Shown here: positions 43,997-53,206 of the stretch, piece after piece | Numbering within the stretch: position 1 is the stretch's first letter | Layout: each line of letters opens with the position of its first letter | Assembly: GCA_030616605.1 (NCBI GenBank) | Contig: JAUWWY010000004.1 | Location: 1,101 to 65,100 of the forward strand | Source: a bacterium | GTDB lineage: Bacteria; Patescibacteriota; Minisyncoccia; Minisyncoccales; CG1-02-41-26 | DNA length: 64,000 bases | Direction: 5' to 3' | Translations under genes and position numbers: made by a program | The notes under the pieces: model-generated | Told to the model about the DNA's origin: nothing | Seen by the model: the letters and a program-made list of their open reading frames with translations, nothing else | The model's database searches: none

Positions 43997-44067
43997 ATTA
44001 TTTTCGGAATATATATTTATACCTTACCGAAATCAAGGTTCTGCGAACAAAGTGAGCAGGTTCTTAT
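43997..44067 (+). repeat. modular intergenic repeat family, locus 4 (one unit)
   Basis: TTTTCGGAATATATATTTATACCTTACCGAAATC and AAGGTTCTGCGAACAAAGTGAGCAGGTTCTTAT. Fills the whole spacer between two GT4 genes and overlaps the upstream gene's stop. Confidence 0.8.
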
Positions 44068-45287
44068 TTTGAATTTTGTTTTTGGTTTGACTTCTTTCCA
44101 TTAACCAAACTTTTGCGGTAGATTCTTTGATATCTTTTAGCAATTTTAGGCCAAGTGAATTTCTTTTCAATAAATTCTCGGCCATTTTGGCCCATCTTTT
44201 CTCTTAGCTCATCATCAGAGAGAATTTTATTTACTGCCTCAGCAATCTTTTTATTACTTCTAGCTCTTACTAAAATTCCATTTATACCATTTTTTACTGC
44301 TAATGGTATTCCTCCTTTTCTGGTTGCTACCACTGGAGTTTTCGTTGCCATTGCTTCAAGGATTGTAAGTCCTAAGGCCTCTGCAATTACTGATGGGGCG
44401 ACAAAAACATCGGCCCGGTAATAAAATTCCTTTAGTTCATTTTCCTGTTCTTTGCCCATGTAGCCTAAAAAGTGAATATTTTTAGAATTTATCTCTGTAG
44501 CCATCTCTTTTAATCTATTAAGTTCTGGACCATCTCCAATAAGATATATCTCTGCTTTTATATCGTTAGCTGCTTTTATCAAATATTCAACTCCCTTTTC
44601 AAGAGTTAGTTTACCAGTAAATAGCACTATTTTTTTATTTTTTAATTTATATTTTTTATTAATAGTTCTTATTTTTGTTTGCTCGGGGAATCTTTCAAGT
44701 TCTATTCCTCCGGGAATAATTCTGGTTTTTCTGTCAAATTCTTCACCGAAAGTTGTTAATAATCTTTTTTTAGTATCTCTACTTACGCAAATGGTTTGTT
44801 TGGCTCTTTTTAAAGCATCTTGAGATAAAGGCAGGTAGGTTTTATTTTCCGAAGCGGTAAAAATACCTGTGCCATGAGAGGTAACTACAAAATTGATATC
44901 GTAGAGTGATTTTATAAAATTAGCTACCCATAAGAGAATAGAAATGTGCTGGACATGTAAAATATTGGGCTTAAAATCTTCTATTGTCTTTATGGTACTT
45001 AAAAGGAAAGTTCTAAAAATTTCAGTTATTTCTTGAGCTGAAAGGTCTTTATATTGTCTTACTACCGGCCATTCAGGATGGGAGGTAAAAGCCGCAGGAA
45101 AAGGTATCTCTAAAAAATAACTTTTTACATTGGGGATTTTTTTTGTCTCTTCTTTAATTTTAGATTCGGGCGAAAGTATTGCTACTTCGTTTGTCTTTTT
45201 TTGAGCTAATTCTTTAGCCAAGCAACGAGTATAAGTTCCTGAACCACAGCCCCATAAAGGAAAGCACTGAAGGAATAAAATTTTCAT
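44064..45287 (-). CDS. glycosyltransferase family 4
   Basis: 'EALGLTILEAMATKTPVVATRKGG' and an N-terminal GT4 domain. Confidence 0.8.
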   Translation of the reverse strand: MKILFLQCFPLWGCGSGTYTRCLAKELAQKKTNEVAILSPESKIKEETKKIPNVKSYFLEIPFPAAFTSHPEWPVVRQYKDLSAQEITEIFRTFLLSTIKTIEDFKPNILHVQHISILLWVANFIKSLYDINFVVTSHGTGIFTASENKTYLPLSQDALKRAKQTICVSRDTKKRLLTTFGEEFDRKTRIIPGGIELERFPEQTKIRTINKKYKLKNKKIVLFTGKLTLEKGVEYLIKAANDIKAEIYLIGDGPELNRLKEMATEINSKNIHFLGYMGKEQENELKEFYYRADVFVAPSVIAEALGLTILEAMATKTPVVATRKGGIPLAVKNGINGILVRARSNKKIAEAVNKILSDDELREKMGQNGREFIEKKFTWPKIAKRYQRIYRKSLVNGKKSNQKQNSK

Positions 45288-45425
45288 AATTTTTATCGTT
45301 TAAATCCCGTTTTATCAACGGGATGTATCTTCTATTTTACTTTGAGTAGAGACCATATGTCAAGAAAATTGCCAAAATTAAGAAGATAAGTTAAGATTAA
45401 AGAGGTTAAAATCTTCTATCAACTT

Positions 45426-45923
45426 ATGGAAATACAAAATAGAGAACTTCATAGAGTTGCCTTAACGGCAATTATTCATAAAGATAAAAAATATTTAATT
45501 GTCAAAAGGAATCCTGACAAAAAAGCTTTTCCCGGAAGATGGACAGTGCCTGGCGGGGGATTAGAAGTAGATGATTACATAAATACCCCAAAAACAACTT
45601 CTGATGCCTGGTATTTCGCCATTACTGAGTCTTTAAGAAGAGAAATAAAAGAAGAAGTTGCAATAGAAGTTGGCAAGATAAAATATCTTTTAGACCTCAC
45701 TTTTATTAGGCCTGATGGGATTCCGGTTGTAGTTTTAAGTTATTTTTGCGGTTGGAAATCCGGTCAGATTGAATTAAATGAAGAAAATATAGATTATAAA
45801 TGGGTAACTTTTGATGATGCAAAGAATTATAATTTAATTTCTGGTATTTTAGGCGAAATCGAAATGGTAGATAAAATTTTAAAAGGAGAAGATTCTAACA
45901 AAATTAATTTCAACAATATTTAA
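45426..45923 (+). CDS. NUDIX-family hydrolase (atypical, long insertion inside the Nudix box)
   Basis: 'WTVPGGGLE' ... 'LRREIKEEVAIEV'. The box is interrupted by about 20 aa. Confidence 0.55.
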   Translation: MEIQNRELHRVALTAIIHKDKKYLIVKRNPDKKAFPGRWTVPGGGLEVDDYINTPKTTSDAWYFAITESLRREIKEEVAIEVGKIKYLLDLTFIRPDGIPVVVLSYFCGWKSGQIELNEENIDYKWVTFDDAKNYNLISGILGEIEMVDKILKGEDSNKINFNNI

Positions 45924-47080
45924 TGGAAAAAAAAGAAATAAAAAAACAGCTTTTAAAAGAACTCAATCTTTTGAAAGATAAAAAATATGGTTTTATTAAA
46001 GCCGGTCTACCAAAGTTTGATCGGCTTTTTGGCAGGGATTCTTTGATTACTGCCTGGCAGCTTTTAGATTTAGAGCCTGAAATTGCTAAAAATACTTTAG
46101 AGATTTTAGCTAAATTCCAGGGAGAAAAAATAGATTTTCAAAGAGAGGAAGAACCCGGCAAAATTTTACATGAACATCAAATTAACAGAAAAAAACATCC
46201 CCAAGGTTACTTTCCCTTTCCTTACTATGGCTCAATAGATTCAACTCCTTTGTTCTTGATTTTGTTTTCTTTTTACTATCAAAAAACAAAAGACAAGGAT
46301 TTTTTAAAAAAATATTGGAAAAACGTTTTACTGGCTCTCCATTGGATTTTTCATTTTGGAGATAAAGACAATGATTATTTTTTAGAATATAAAAGAAAAA
46401 CAAAGAAAGGTCTTTTTCACCAAGCCTGGAAAGACGGTATCGATGAAAAGCGTTTTAAAATTAAACCTCCGGTGGCAGTCGTTGAGATTCAGGGGTATCA
46501 ATACTTGGCTTTAATTGAAATTGCCAAGCTTAGCAAAATTTTTAAAGATAAAAAATTAGAAAAATCGCTTTTAAAAAGAGCCGAGAATTTAAAAAAAGCT
46601 TTTGCTAAAAAATTTTGGTTTGAAAAAGAAAAATATTATGTTTTTGCTTTAGATGGTGAAAAACACAAAATAAAAGAAATAACTTCAAACCCAGGCCATC
46701 TTTTATTTTCAGGTATTTTAAATAAAGCTCAGGAAAAATACGTTGTTAAAAAACTTTTCTCTCCTGAGCTTTGGACTCCTTTTGGAATTAGAACCCATTC
46801 TCAAAAAAGCAGAATTTTTGACCCTTTATCATATCAATTAGGTTCTGTTTGGCCCCATGATAACTGGCTCATTGCCCAAGGTTTAAAGAAGTCAGGTTAT
46901 AAAAAAGAATATCAAGAAATTAAAAAAGCCCTTTTTAGAGCTTACAAAGATTTGGGTTTTATTCTTGAGTTTTATGGAGTTATAGACGATAAAATTACTT
47001 TAGAAACAAAAAAAGCTCCTTGTTATCCTCAGGCCTGGGCATCAGGAGCCTTGCTAAATTTTTTGATTAGCTATTCTTAA
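45923..47080 (+). CDS. amylo-alpha-1,6-glucosidase / glycogen-debranching (GDE_C-like) (alpha/alpha)6 protein
   Basis: 'LFGRDSLITAWQLL', 'YYGSIDSTPLF', 'HQAWKDG' and 'GSVWPHDNW' patterns. Confidence 0.65.
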   Translation: MEKKEIKKQLLKELNLLKDKKYGFIKAGLPKFDRLFGRDSLITAWQLLDLEPEIAKNTLEILAKFQGEKIDFQREEEPGKILHEHQINRKKHPQGYFPFPYYGSIDSTPLFLILFSFYYQKTKDKDFLKKYWKNVLLALHWIFHFGDKDNDYFLEYKRKTKKGLFHQAWKDGIDEKRFKIKPPVAVVEIQGYQYLALIEIAKLSKIFKDKKLEKSLLKRAENLKKAFAKKFWFEKEKYYVFALDGEKHKIKEITSNPGHLLFSGILNKAQEKYVVKKLFSPELWTPFGIRTHSQKSRIFDPLSYQLGSVWPHDNWLIAQGLKKSGYKKEYQEIKKALFRAYKDLGFILEFYGVIDDKITLETKKAPCYPQAWASGALLNFLISYS

Positions 47081-48139
47081 TAAAATTCTTTCGTATCTAT
47101 CAACCATTTTTTCAATAGTGAAATTTTGCTCCACCCATTTTCTACACTCTTTTCTGTCTATTTGGTCAATTTTTTTTACAGCTTTTATCATTTCCGGAAC
47201 ATTTTTAACAATGAATCCGGTTTTTTTATCTTTAATTATTTCTGGCAGAGAACCCCGATTGAAACCAATTACCGGAGTGCCGCAAGCCATTGCCTCTATT
47301 ATCACTAAACCAAAAGGTTCTTCCCATCTTAGAGGATATAAAACAGCTTTTGCTTTTTTGTAAAGTTCTCCCATTTGATAATAGTTTAGCATTCCCAGAT
47401 ACTCTATATTCTTATTTAAATAAGGTTTTATTTTTGTTTCAAAATATTTTCCCTTATCAGGACCACCGACGATTTTAAGTTTTATTTTTGCTTTTTTTGC
47501 CACTTCAATTGCCAGATCAATACCTTTTTCCGGAACCAGCCTTCCGGCTGCCAAAAAAAAGTCTTCTGATTTTTTATTAAATTTAAATTTTGTAATATCT
47601 ATTCCATTATAAGCTGTACCGCCATATCTTAATCTTGGACTTGGTTTTCTTTGACTATTGCTTATGCTGATAAAATAAGCATTTTTTATGTCTTTTGTCT
47701 GTTCAAGTATATATTTATTAAACCCCTCAATAGGATCATGTAGAGTAATTACTGTTGGAGTTTTAGTTAAAGAAAGAAAAGGAATAATCCTTCGATAAGG
47801 ATGGATATAGATGATGTCAAAATGCTCTTTTTGATTGAGTTGATAAATTTTTGATATCATTGTTTGTTCGTAAGAATTAACTACCTGTTCGTTGATATAA
47901 GGTAAAAAGGGAAGAAGCTTTTTGTTATATTTTAAAGCAGGCATCCCAAAAGAAAATAATTTGGCATATTTTAATTTCGATTCTTTTGAACCAAAATAAT
48001 AAACCTGATGACCTCTTTTAGCCAATCCTTCAGCGATATAATAAGCAATCCACAAAGGAGCGTAAAAAGTGTTCTGGGGAGGGGGTGTCGGCCATTCATT
48101 TGTGCAAAATGTTGCAATTTTTAATTTCTTTTTTTCCAT
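47054..48139 (-). CDS. glycosyltransferase family 4
   Basis: 'EPFGLVIIEAMACGTPVIGFNRGSLPEII'. Confidence 0.8.
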   Translation of the reverse strand: MEKKKLKIATFCTNEWPTPPPQNTFYAPLWIAYYIAEGLAKRGHQVYYFGSKESKLKYAKLFSFGMPALKYNKKLLPFLPYINEQVVNSYEQTMISKIYQLNQKEHFDIIYIHPYRRIIPFLSLTKTPTVITLHDPIEGFNKYILEQTKDIKNAYFISISNSQRKPSPRLRYGGTAYNGIDITKFKFNKKSEDFFLAAGRLVPEKGIDLAIEVAKKAKIKLKIVGGPDKGKYFETKIKPYLNKNIEYLGMLNYYQMGELYKKAKAVLYPLRWEEPFGLVIIEAMACGTPVIGFNRGSLPEIIKDKKTGFIVKNVPEMIKAVKKIDQIDRKECRKWVEQNFTIEKMVDRYERILLRIANQKI

Positions 48140-48140
48140 A

Positions 48141-49118
48141 TTATGTTTTTATCAACTCTTCAAATTTTTTTGTGCAGTTTGTTAAAAGATTGGTATAAAA
48201 TCTTCTTCTTTTTTTAAAATTTTCTTTACTTTCTTTTGTATGCTTGATTTGGATTCCGCCAAGAGAAAGATAAGAAGCAACAATTGGCAGGAGTTTTTTG
48301 AATTTCAAAAGTTGTTCTTTGTTTAAGTTTTTCAGATATTCGGAAATTAATTTTTTTCTGAGTTCTTTTTTGACTCCCCAGAGATGAGCCCAAAGATAGC
48401 CAATATCATAAGCAAAGTTATTAATATGAACTAATTCCCAATCAATAATCCAAACATTATTTTTTTTGTCTATGATTATATTTCCTAAATTTAAATCTCC
48501 CTGAGCTAAATAATGATTTTCTTTTTTTAATAAGGGCATTGTCTCTTTGATAATTTTTACTAGTTTTTCTTCAATAACCTGAGAAATAATACCCCTTTTT
48601 AAAAAAGAAACGTATAAATTTTCAGTCAGATAATTTTGACAATTAAATTTTTTCAATTTTGAGCCAGAAAAAGAACTTGAGGGGATTCTTGAAATTTTAG
48701 GAATTAATGTTGTTAATTCTTTAATTTGTTTTTTTGTTGGAGCCAAGGTTATTTTTCTGCTGTGACCCATCGGAGTTCCAGTAATGTATTCTCTGAACAT
48801 CCATTCAAAATCTTTCTCTTTGTTCCAATTAAGAATTTTTGGTATTACCCTTTTAATTGGAGAATTGCTTTCTTGAATTTGTCTTAAAAATTTTGCCTCC
48901 CGGATAAATTTTTCTTTGGCATCAATATTATTGTGACATCTTGCATAAAAAGCAACGAGCTTTCCCTTTTGGGTTTCAACAGGACTGAAATAACGATGTT
49001 TATTTTGTCCGTGAATTTTAAAGAATTGAGAAGGAGAAATTTTTGGTTTAAATCCAAGTTCCTTTATCTTTCTTTCAATTTTCTTTTTAATGTTAGGAAT
49101 TAAAATCTTTTTTTTCAT
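48141..49118 (-). CDS. aminoglycoside-phosphotransferase-like (APH/choline-kinase fold) kinase
   Basis: 'YLAQGDLNLGNIIIDKKNNVWIIDWELV' is a Brenner-type catalytic loop plus the DxE/IDWE metal site. Confidence 0.6.
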   Translation of the reverse strand: MKKKILIPNIKKKIERKIKELGFKPKISPSQFFKIHGQNKHRYFSPVETQKGKLVAFYARCHNNIDAKEKFIREAKFLRQIQESNSPIKRVIPKILNWNKEKDFEWMFREYITGTPMGHSRKITLAPTKKQIKELTTLIPKISRIPSSSFSGSKLKKFNCQNYLTENLYVSFLKRGIISQVIEEKLVKIIKETMPLLKKENHYLAQGDLNLGNIIIDKKNNVWIIDWELVHINNFAYDIGYLWAHLWGVKKELRKKLISEYLKNLNKEQLLKFKKLLPIVASYLSLGGIQIKHTKESKENFKKRRRFYTNLLTNCTKKFEELIKT

Positions 49119-50161
49119 TTCTTTAGAAGTTTATAATAAAGTTTTTCATAGCGTTCAACCATTATCTCTTGACTGAATTTTTTTTCAACCCATTTTCTAC
49201 AATCAATTCGTTTAATTTCATCTATTTTTTTTACTGCTTTTATCGCTTCTTCTATATTATTAACGATAAAGCCGGTTTTTTTGTCTTTGACAACTTCTGG
49301 CACCGAGCCCCGATTAAAGGCAATTACCGGAGTACCAGAAGCCATACTTTCTGTCATATTAAGACCAAAAGGTTCATGCCATTCTATAGGATAGATTAGG
49401 GCTTTCGCTTCCCTAAAAAACTTTGATTTTTCGCCCCGAGCGTATTCTCCTATATATCTGATTTTTTTATTTAGACGGGGTTTAATGTTTTTTTTGAAAT
49501 ATTCTTCTTGAGTTGAGTCCAATCTTCCGGCTAAATGTAATTTAATTCCAGTTTTTTCGGCTATTTCAATGGCATTTTCAATACCTTTGTATTTATCAAT
49601 TCTGGCTGACCAGATAAAATGGTCTTTTGGTTTGGGATTGAATTTAAACTCTTCAATTCTGATGCCGTTGTAAATAACATCAACAAAATTTAATTTTACC
49701 CGAGAAAGATTTTTCTGTGATTTTGATATGGCAGCATAATTGTTATTCTTGAATTTTTCAAAAATAAAAAGCCGGGAATCTTTTTTGGCTGATGAATATA
49801 AAGGGTTGTGGATTGTGTGGAGGCAGGGCGTTTTGACTAGACAAGGAAAATATACTTCCCATAAATCTATATGGCTGTGGATAACGTCAAATTCTGAAGC
49901 TCTTTTGAAAGCTTTTGAGAGATTTAAAATATTGAAAGTATTGTCGTGCCAGGAGATTTTGTCTTTCAAAAGAGAAAGAGGATAAACTGAAACTAATTTA
50001 GAAGGTACTTTAGAATCGCCGCTGGCAAAAAGAGTAATATCATGGCCTCGTTTTAATAATCCTTCAACCAAGTTGAAAACAATCCATTCTATGCCCCCAT
50101 ATTTTTTTGGAGGAATAGAAAACCAGAGAGGAGCAACTTGAGCAATTTTTAGTTTTTTCAT
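49115..50161 (-). CDS. glycosyltransferase family 4 (tandem paralog 1)
   Basis: 'KIAQVAPLWFSIPPKKYGGIE' N-terminus and 'EPFGLNMTESMASGTPVIAFNRGS'. Confidence 0.8.
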   Translation of the reverse strand: MKKLKIAQVAPLWFSIPPKKYGGIEWIVFNLVEGLLKRGHDITLFASGDSKVPSKLVSVYPLSLLKDKISWHDNTFNILNLSKAFKRASEFDVIHSHIDLWEVYFPCLVKTPCLHTIHNPLYSSAKKDSRLFIFEKFKNNNYAAISKSQKNLSRVKLNFVDVIYNGIRIEEFKFNPKPKDHFIWSARIDKYKGIENAIEIAEKTGIKLHLAGRLDSTQEEYFKKNIKPRLNKKIRYIGEYARGEKSKFFREAKALIYPIEWHEPFGLNMTESMASGTPVIAFNRGSVPEVVKDKKTGFIVNNIEEAIKAVKKIDEIKRIDCRKWVEKKFSQEIMVERYEKLYYKLLKK

Positions 50162-51204
50162 AATTTTATTAATTTATAATAAATTTTTTCATAATCGTCT
50201 ACCATTCTTTGATAGCTGAAATATTTTTCTACCCTCTTTCGGCAATTGCTTCTTTTAATTTTATCAACTGATTTTATTGCCTTAACCATTTCATTAACGT
50301 TCTTTACTGTAAATCCGGTTTCTTTGGAAACGATTTCCGGAAGAGAACCTTTTTTGAAAGCAATTACCGGTGTTCCGCAGGCCATACTTTCTATAATAAT
50401 TAAGCCAAACGGTTCTTGCCAGACAGCAGGATAAAGAAGAGCTTTAGCTTTTCCATAAAGCAAATTGAGCTGATTTTGGGTTAATTCTCCAACATATTTT
50501 ATTTTTTTGGAAAGATGGGGTTTAATCTCTTTGTTAAAATAATCTTGGTCCATTGGTTGAAGTTGGCCGGCTAAAATTAAATTTGCCCCGATTCTCTTAA
50601 CTGCCTTTATAGCTATATCCGGAGCTTTTGCTGGACAAATTCTGCCGACCCAAAGTAAAAAGTTCTCAGCTTGGGTTCTAAGGCGAAATTTTGAAAGGTC
50701 TATGCCGTTGTAGACCACCCATTCTTTTTTAAATCTAACCGGACTTAATTTTTGCTGGTTTTTGGAAAGGAAAACTACATTAAGGTCTTTTTTATAATAA
50801 TCAAAAATTTTCCAGCGATGCTCGGAAGAAGCGGGAGTATTATGGAGAGTATGGAGAACCGGTTGCTTAACAAATCTTTGAAAAAAAGCTCCTAAAATAT
50901 TCCAATGACAGTGTAAGACATCAAATTTTTTTGCCATTTCAAAAGCTGATGAGTGATTGAGATTATTCCAGAACCAATCGTGCCAGGGAATTTCCTGCTC
51001 TCGCAATCCTTTTTTAGCAACCGAAATTAATTTTGCCTTGGTTTTTGAATCACCCGAAGCAAAAAGGGTGACTTTATGTCCTCTTTTTATTAATTCCTGG
51101 TTTAGATAGTAAATAACTCTTTCTGTCCCTCCATATTTTTTTGGAGGAATAGAAAACCAAAGAGGAGCGATTTGGGCAATTTTTAATTTACGAGTGGTTA
51201 CCAT
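50158..51204 (-). CDS. glycosyltransferase family 4 (tandem paralog 2)
   Basis: 'KIAQIAPLWFSIPPKKYGGTE' and 'EPFGLIIIESMACGTPVIAFKKGS'. Confidence 0.8.
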   Translation of the reverse strand: MVTTRKLKIAQIAPLWFSIPPKKYGGTERVIYYLNQELIKRGHKVTLFASGDSKTKAKLISVAKKGLREQEIPWHDWFWNNLNHSSAFEMAKKFDVLHCHWNILGAFFQRFVKQPVLHTLHNTPASSEHRWKIFDYYKKDLNVVFLSKNQQKLSPVRFKKEWVVYNGIDLSKFRLRTQAENFLLWVGRICPAKAPDIAIKAVKRIGANLILAGQLQPMDQDYFNKEIKPHLSKKIKYVGELTQNQLNLLYGKAKALLYPAVWQEPFGLIIIESMACGTPVIAFKKGSLPEIVSKETGFTVKNVNEMVKAIKSVDKIKRSNCRKRVEKYFSYQRMVDDYEKIYYKLIKL

Positions 51205-52231
51205 TTTTCTTTTTTTCTTTTAAGAGTGTGTTATACAAAGCTTCGTATTTATTGACCATTTTTTTGCGAGAAAATTTTGTTTCAACATGTCTTCGGCAAT
51301 CCCGTCTCTTAATTTGATTTATTTTTTTTAAAGCTACAATCATCTCTTCTTGAGAATTTACTAAAAATCCTGTTTTTCCCTCTTTAATCAGTTCTGGCAT
51401 TGAACCTTCTTTGTAAGCAATTACTGGGGTGCCGCAAGCCATTGCCTCTATAACGACAAGACCGAAGGGTTCTGGCCTCCGGATGGGATATAAAAGAGCT
51501 TTGGCGTTTCTAAAAAGTTCAATCTTTTTTTCAAAATTGGCAGCTCCAACAAACTGGATTTTTTTATTGTCAATCATTGGTTGAATTCGGTATTCAAAAT
51601 AATCCTGCTGTTCTTTTGGAATAATGCCGGCGATAATTAATTTTTCACCTGTTTTTTTAGCCACCTCAATTGCTTCAGCTAATCCCTTTTCCGGAATGAT
51701 CTTTCCAAGCCATAAAAGATAATCTTTGGGTTTTTCCTGGAAAAGATAAGAATCTAAAGGAATGCCGTTATAAATAGTTTTTACAAAATTTACTCCTGGG
51801 GCTGTTTTTCTTTGATTTTTAGAAATAGCCACATAGTTGATTTCAGGAAATTTTTTAAACAACATAATTACTTCCTCATACATTGGATGATGAATTGTAG
51901 AGATAATAGGGGGTTTCAGGAATTTTGAATAGACACTACTATAAAATTCGCAGTGGTCGTGAATAATATCAAATTCATCCTGGCGGCTGATAATTTCATG
52001 GTAAAGCAGAGAAAAAGCAGCGTGAGGAGCAACTAATTTTGCTCTCCATAAACTTTTGGGCCAGACCGGAACAAGGCGGGCTGAGGTTTTAGAATCTCCA
52101 GTAGCGAAAAGGGTCACATCGTGGCCTCTTTTTACCAATTCCTCGGTTATTAGAGATACAACAAACTCGGTCCCTCCGTAGGTAATGGGAGGGACAGGAA
52201 TCCAAAGAGGAGCGATTTGGGCAATTCTCAT
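51188..52231 (-). CDS. glycosyltransferase family 4 (tandem paralog 3)
   Basis: 'MRIAQIAPLWIPVPPITYGGTE' and 'EPFGLVVIEAMACGTPVIAYKEGS'. Confidence 0.8.
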   Translation of the reverse strand: MRIAQIAPLWIPVPPITYGGTEFVVSLITEELVKRGHDVTLFATGDSKTSARLVPVWPKSLWRAKLVAPHAAFSLLYHEIISRQDEFDIIHDHCEFYSSVYSKFLKPPIISTIHHPMYEEVIMLFKKFPEINYVAISKNQRKTAPGVNFVKTIYNGIPLDSYLFQEKPKDYLLWLGKIIPEKGLAEAIEVAKKTGEKLIIAGIIPKEQQDYFEYRIQPMIDNKKIQFVGAANFEKKIELFRNAKALLYPIRRPEPFGLVVIEAMACGTPVIAYKEGSMPELIKEGKTGFLVNSQEEMIVALKKINQIKRRDCRRHVETKFSRKKMVNKYEALYNTLLKEKKKNGNHS

Positions 52232-52247
52232 AATAGTATTAAGTATA

Positions 52248-53117
52248 CTAAAATTGGTTTAGCAAGTAAACCAGTCCGATAACACTGGCTTTTTCTCCTA
52301 ATTTAGCTGGTTTTACTTGAAGATTTCTTTTAGAAAGGGGAGAAATAATTCTTTTTTTAGCTTCTTTTTTTGCTTCTTCTAAAAAATGTTTTTGGGCTTT
52401 AGCAATCCCTCCGCCAATGACGATTATATCGGGCTCTAAAATATTAACAATGTTTGCAATTCCTATTCCCAAATATCCGCCGTATTCTTTAAATATCTCT
52501 TTGGCTCTTTTATCACCCTTTTCTGCTCTTTTAGCTAATTCTTTTGAAGAAACTTTTTTTCTTTGAAAAAACCTTTTTCCGCAATATTCTTCAAAACAAC
52601 CGAAATTGCCGCATTTACATTTAATACCGTCAAACTTAATTGTGGTGTGTCCTATTTCTCCAGCTCCGCCAAAAGCTCCTTGGTAAATCTCTGAATCAAT
52701 AACTATTCCTCCGCCAACTCCACTTCCCAAAGTTATTCCAAAAACTATTTTTTTATCCCTGCCAACCCCCAAAATAGCTTCTCCTAAGGCGAAACAATTA
52801 GCATCATTTTCCATTGTCACTTTTAATCGAAGTTTTTTTCTTAGAACTTCAGCCAAGAGAAAATTGTTGAGATACTTTAAGTTTGGTGAATTTAAAATTT
52901 TTTCTTTTTCTTTATCTAAAACTCCAGCTACTGCTATTCCAATTCCCTTAATCTTCAAATTTCCTTTTAATTCCTTTATATTTTTTATTAAAACTTTAAT
53001 TAACCCCTTTTTGCTTTTGGGAGTATTAATTTTTTTTGTTTTAACAATCTTTTTCCCTTTTAACAAAGCAAAAATAATTGTTGTTCCTCCAATATCAATA
53101 CCAATAAAATTTCTCAT
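52248..53117 (-). CDS. ROK family sugar kinase (glucokinase-like)
   Basis: 'IGIDIGGTT', 'GAGEIGH' and the zinc motif 'CKCGNFGCFEEY'. Confidence 0.85.
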   Translation of the reverse strand: MRNFIGIDIGGTTIIFALLKGKKIVKTKKINTPKSKKGLIKVLIKNIKELKGNLKIKGIGIAVAGVLDKEKEKILNSPNLKYLNNFLLAEVLRKKLRLKVTMENDANCFALGEAILGVGRDKKIVFGITLGSGVGGGIVIDSEIYQGAFGGAGEIGHTTIKFDGIKCKCGNFGCFEEYCGKRFFQRKKVSSKELAKRAEKGDKRAKEIFKEYGGYLGIGIANIVNILEPDIIVIGGGIAKAQKHFLEEAKKEAKKRIISPLSKRNLQVKPAKLGEKASVIGLVYLLNQF

Positions 53118-53206
53118 ATTATTTAATTATACCAAAATTTGCCCAAAAAGTTTATCTCTTGAGAATTTCTACTAAATGTATTAGAATAAAGACGAATTTA
53201 TCTAAA

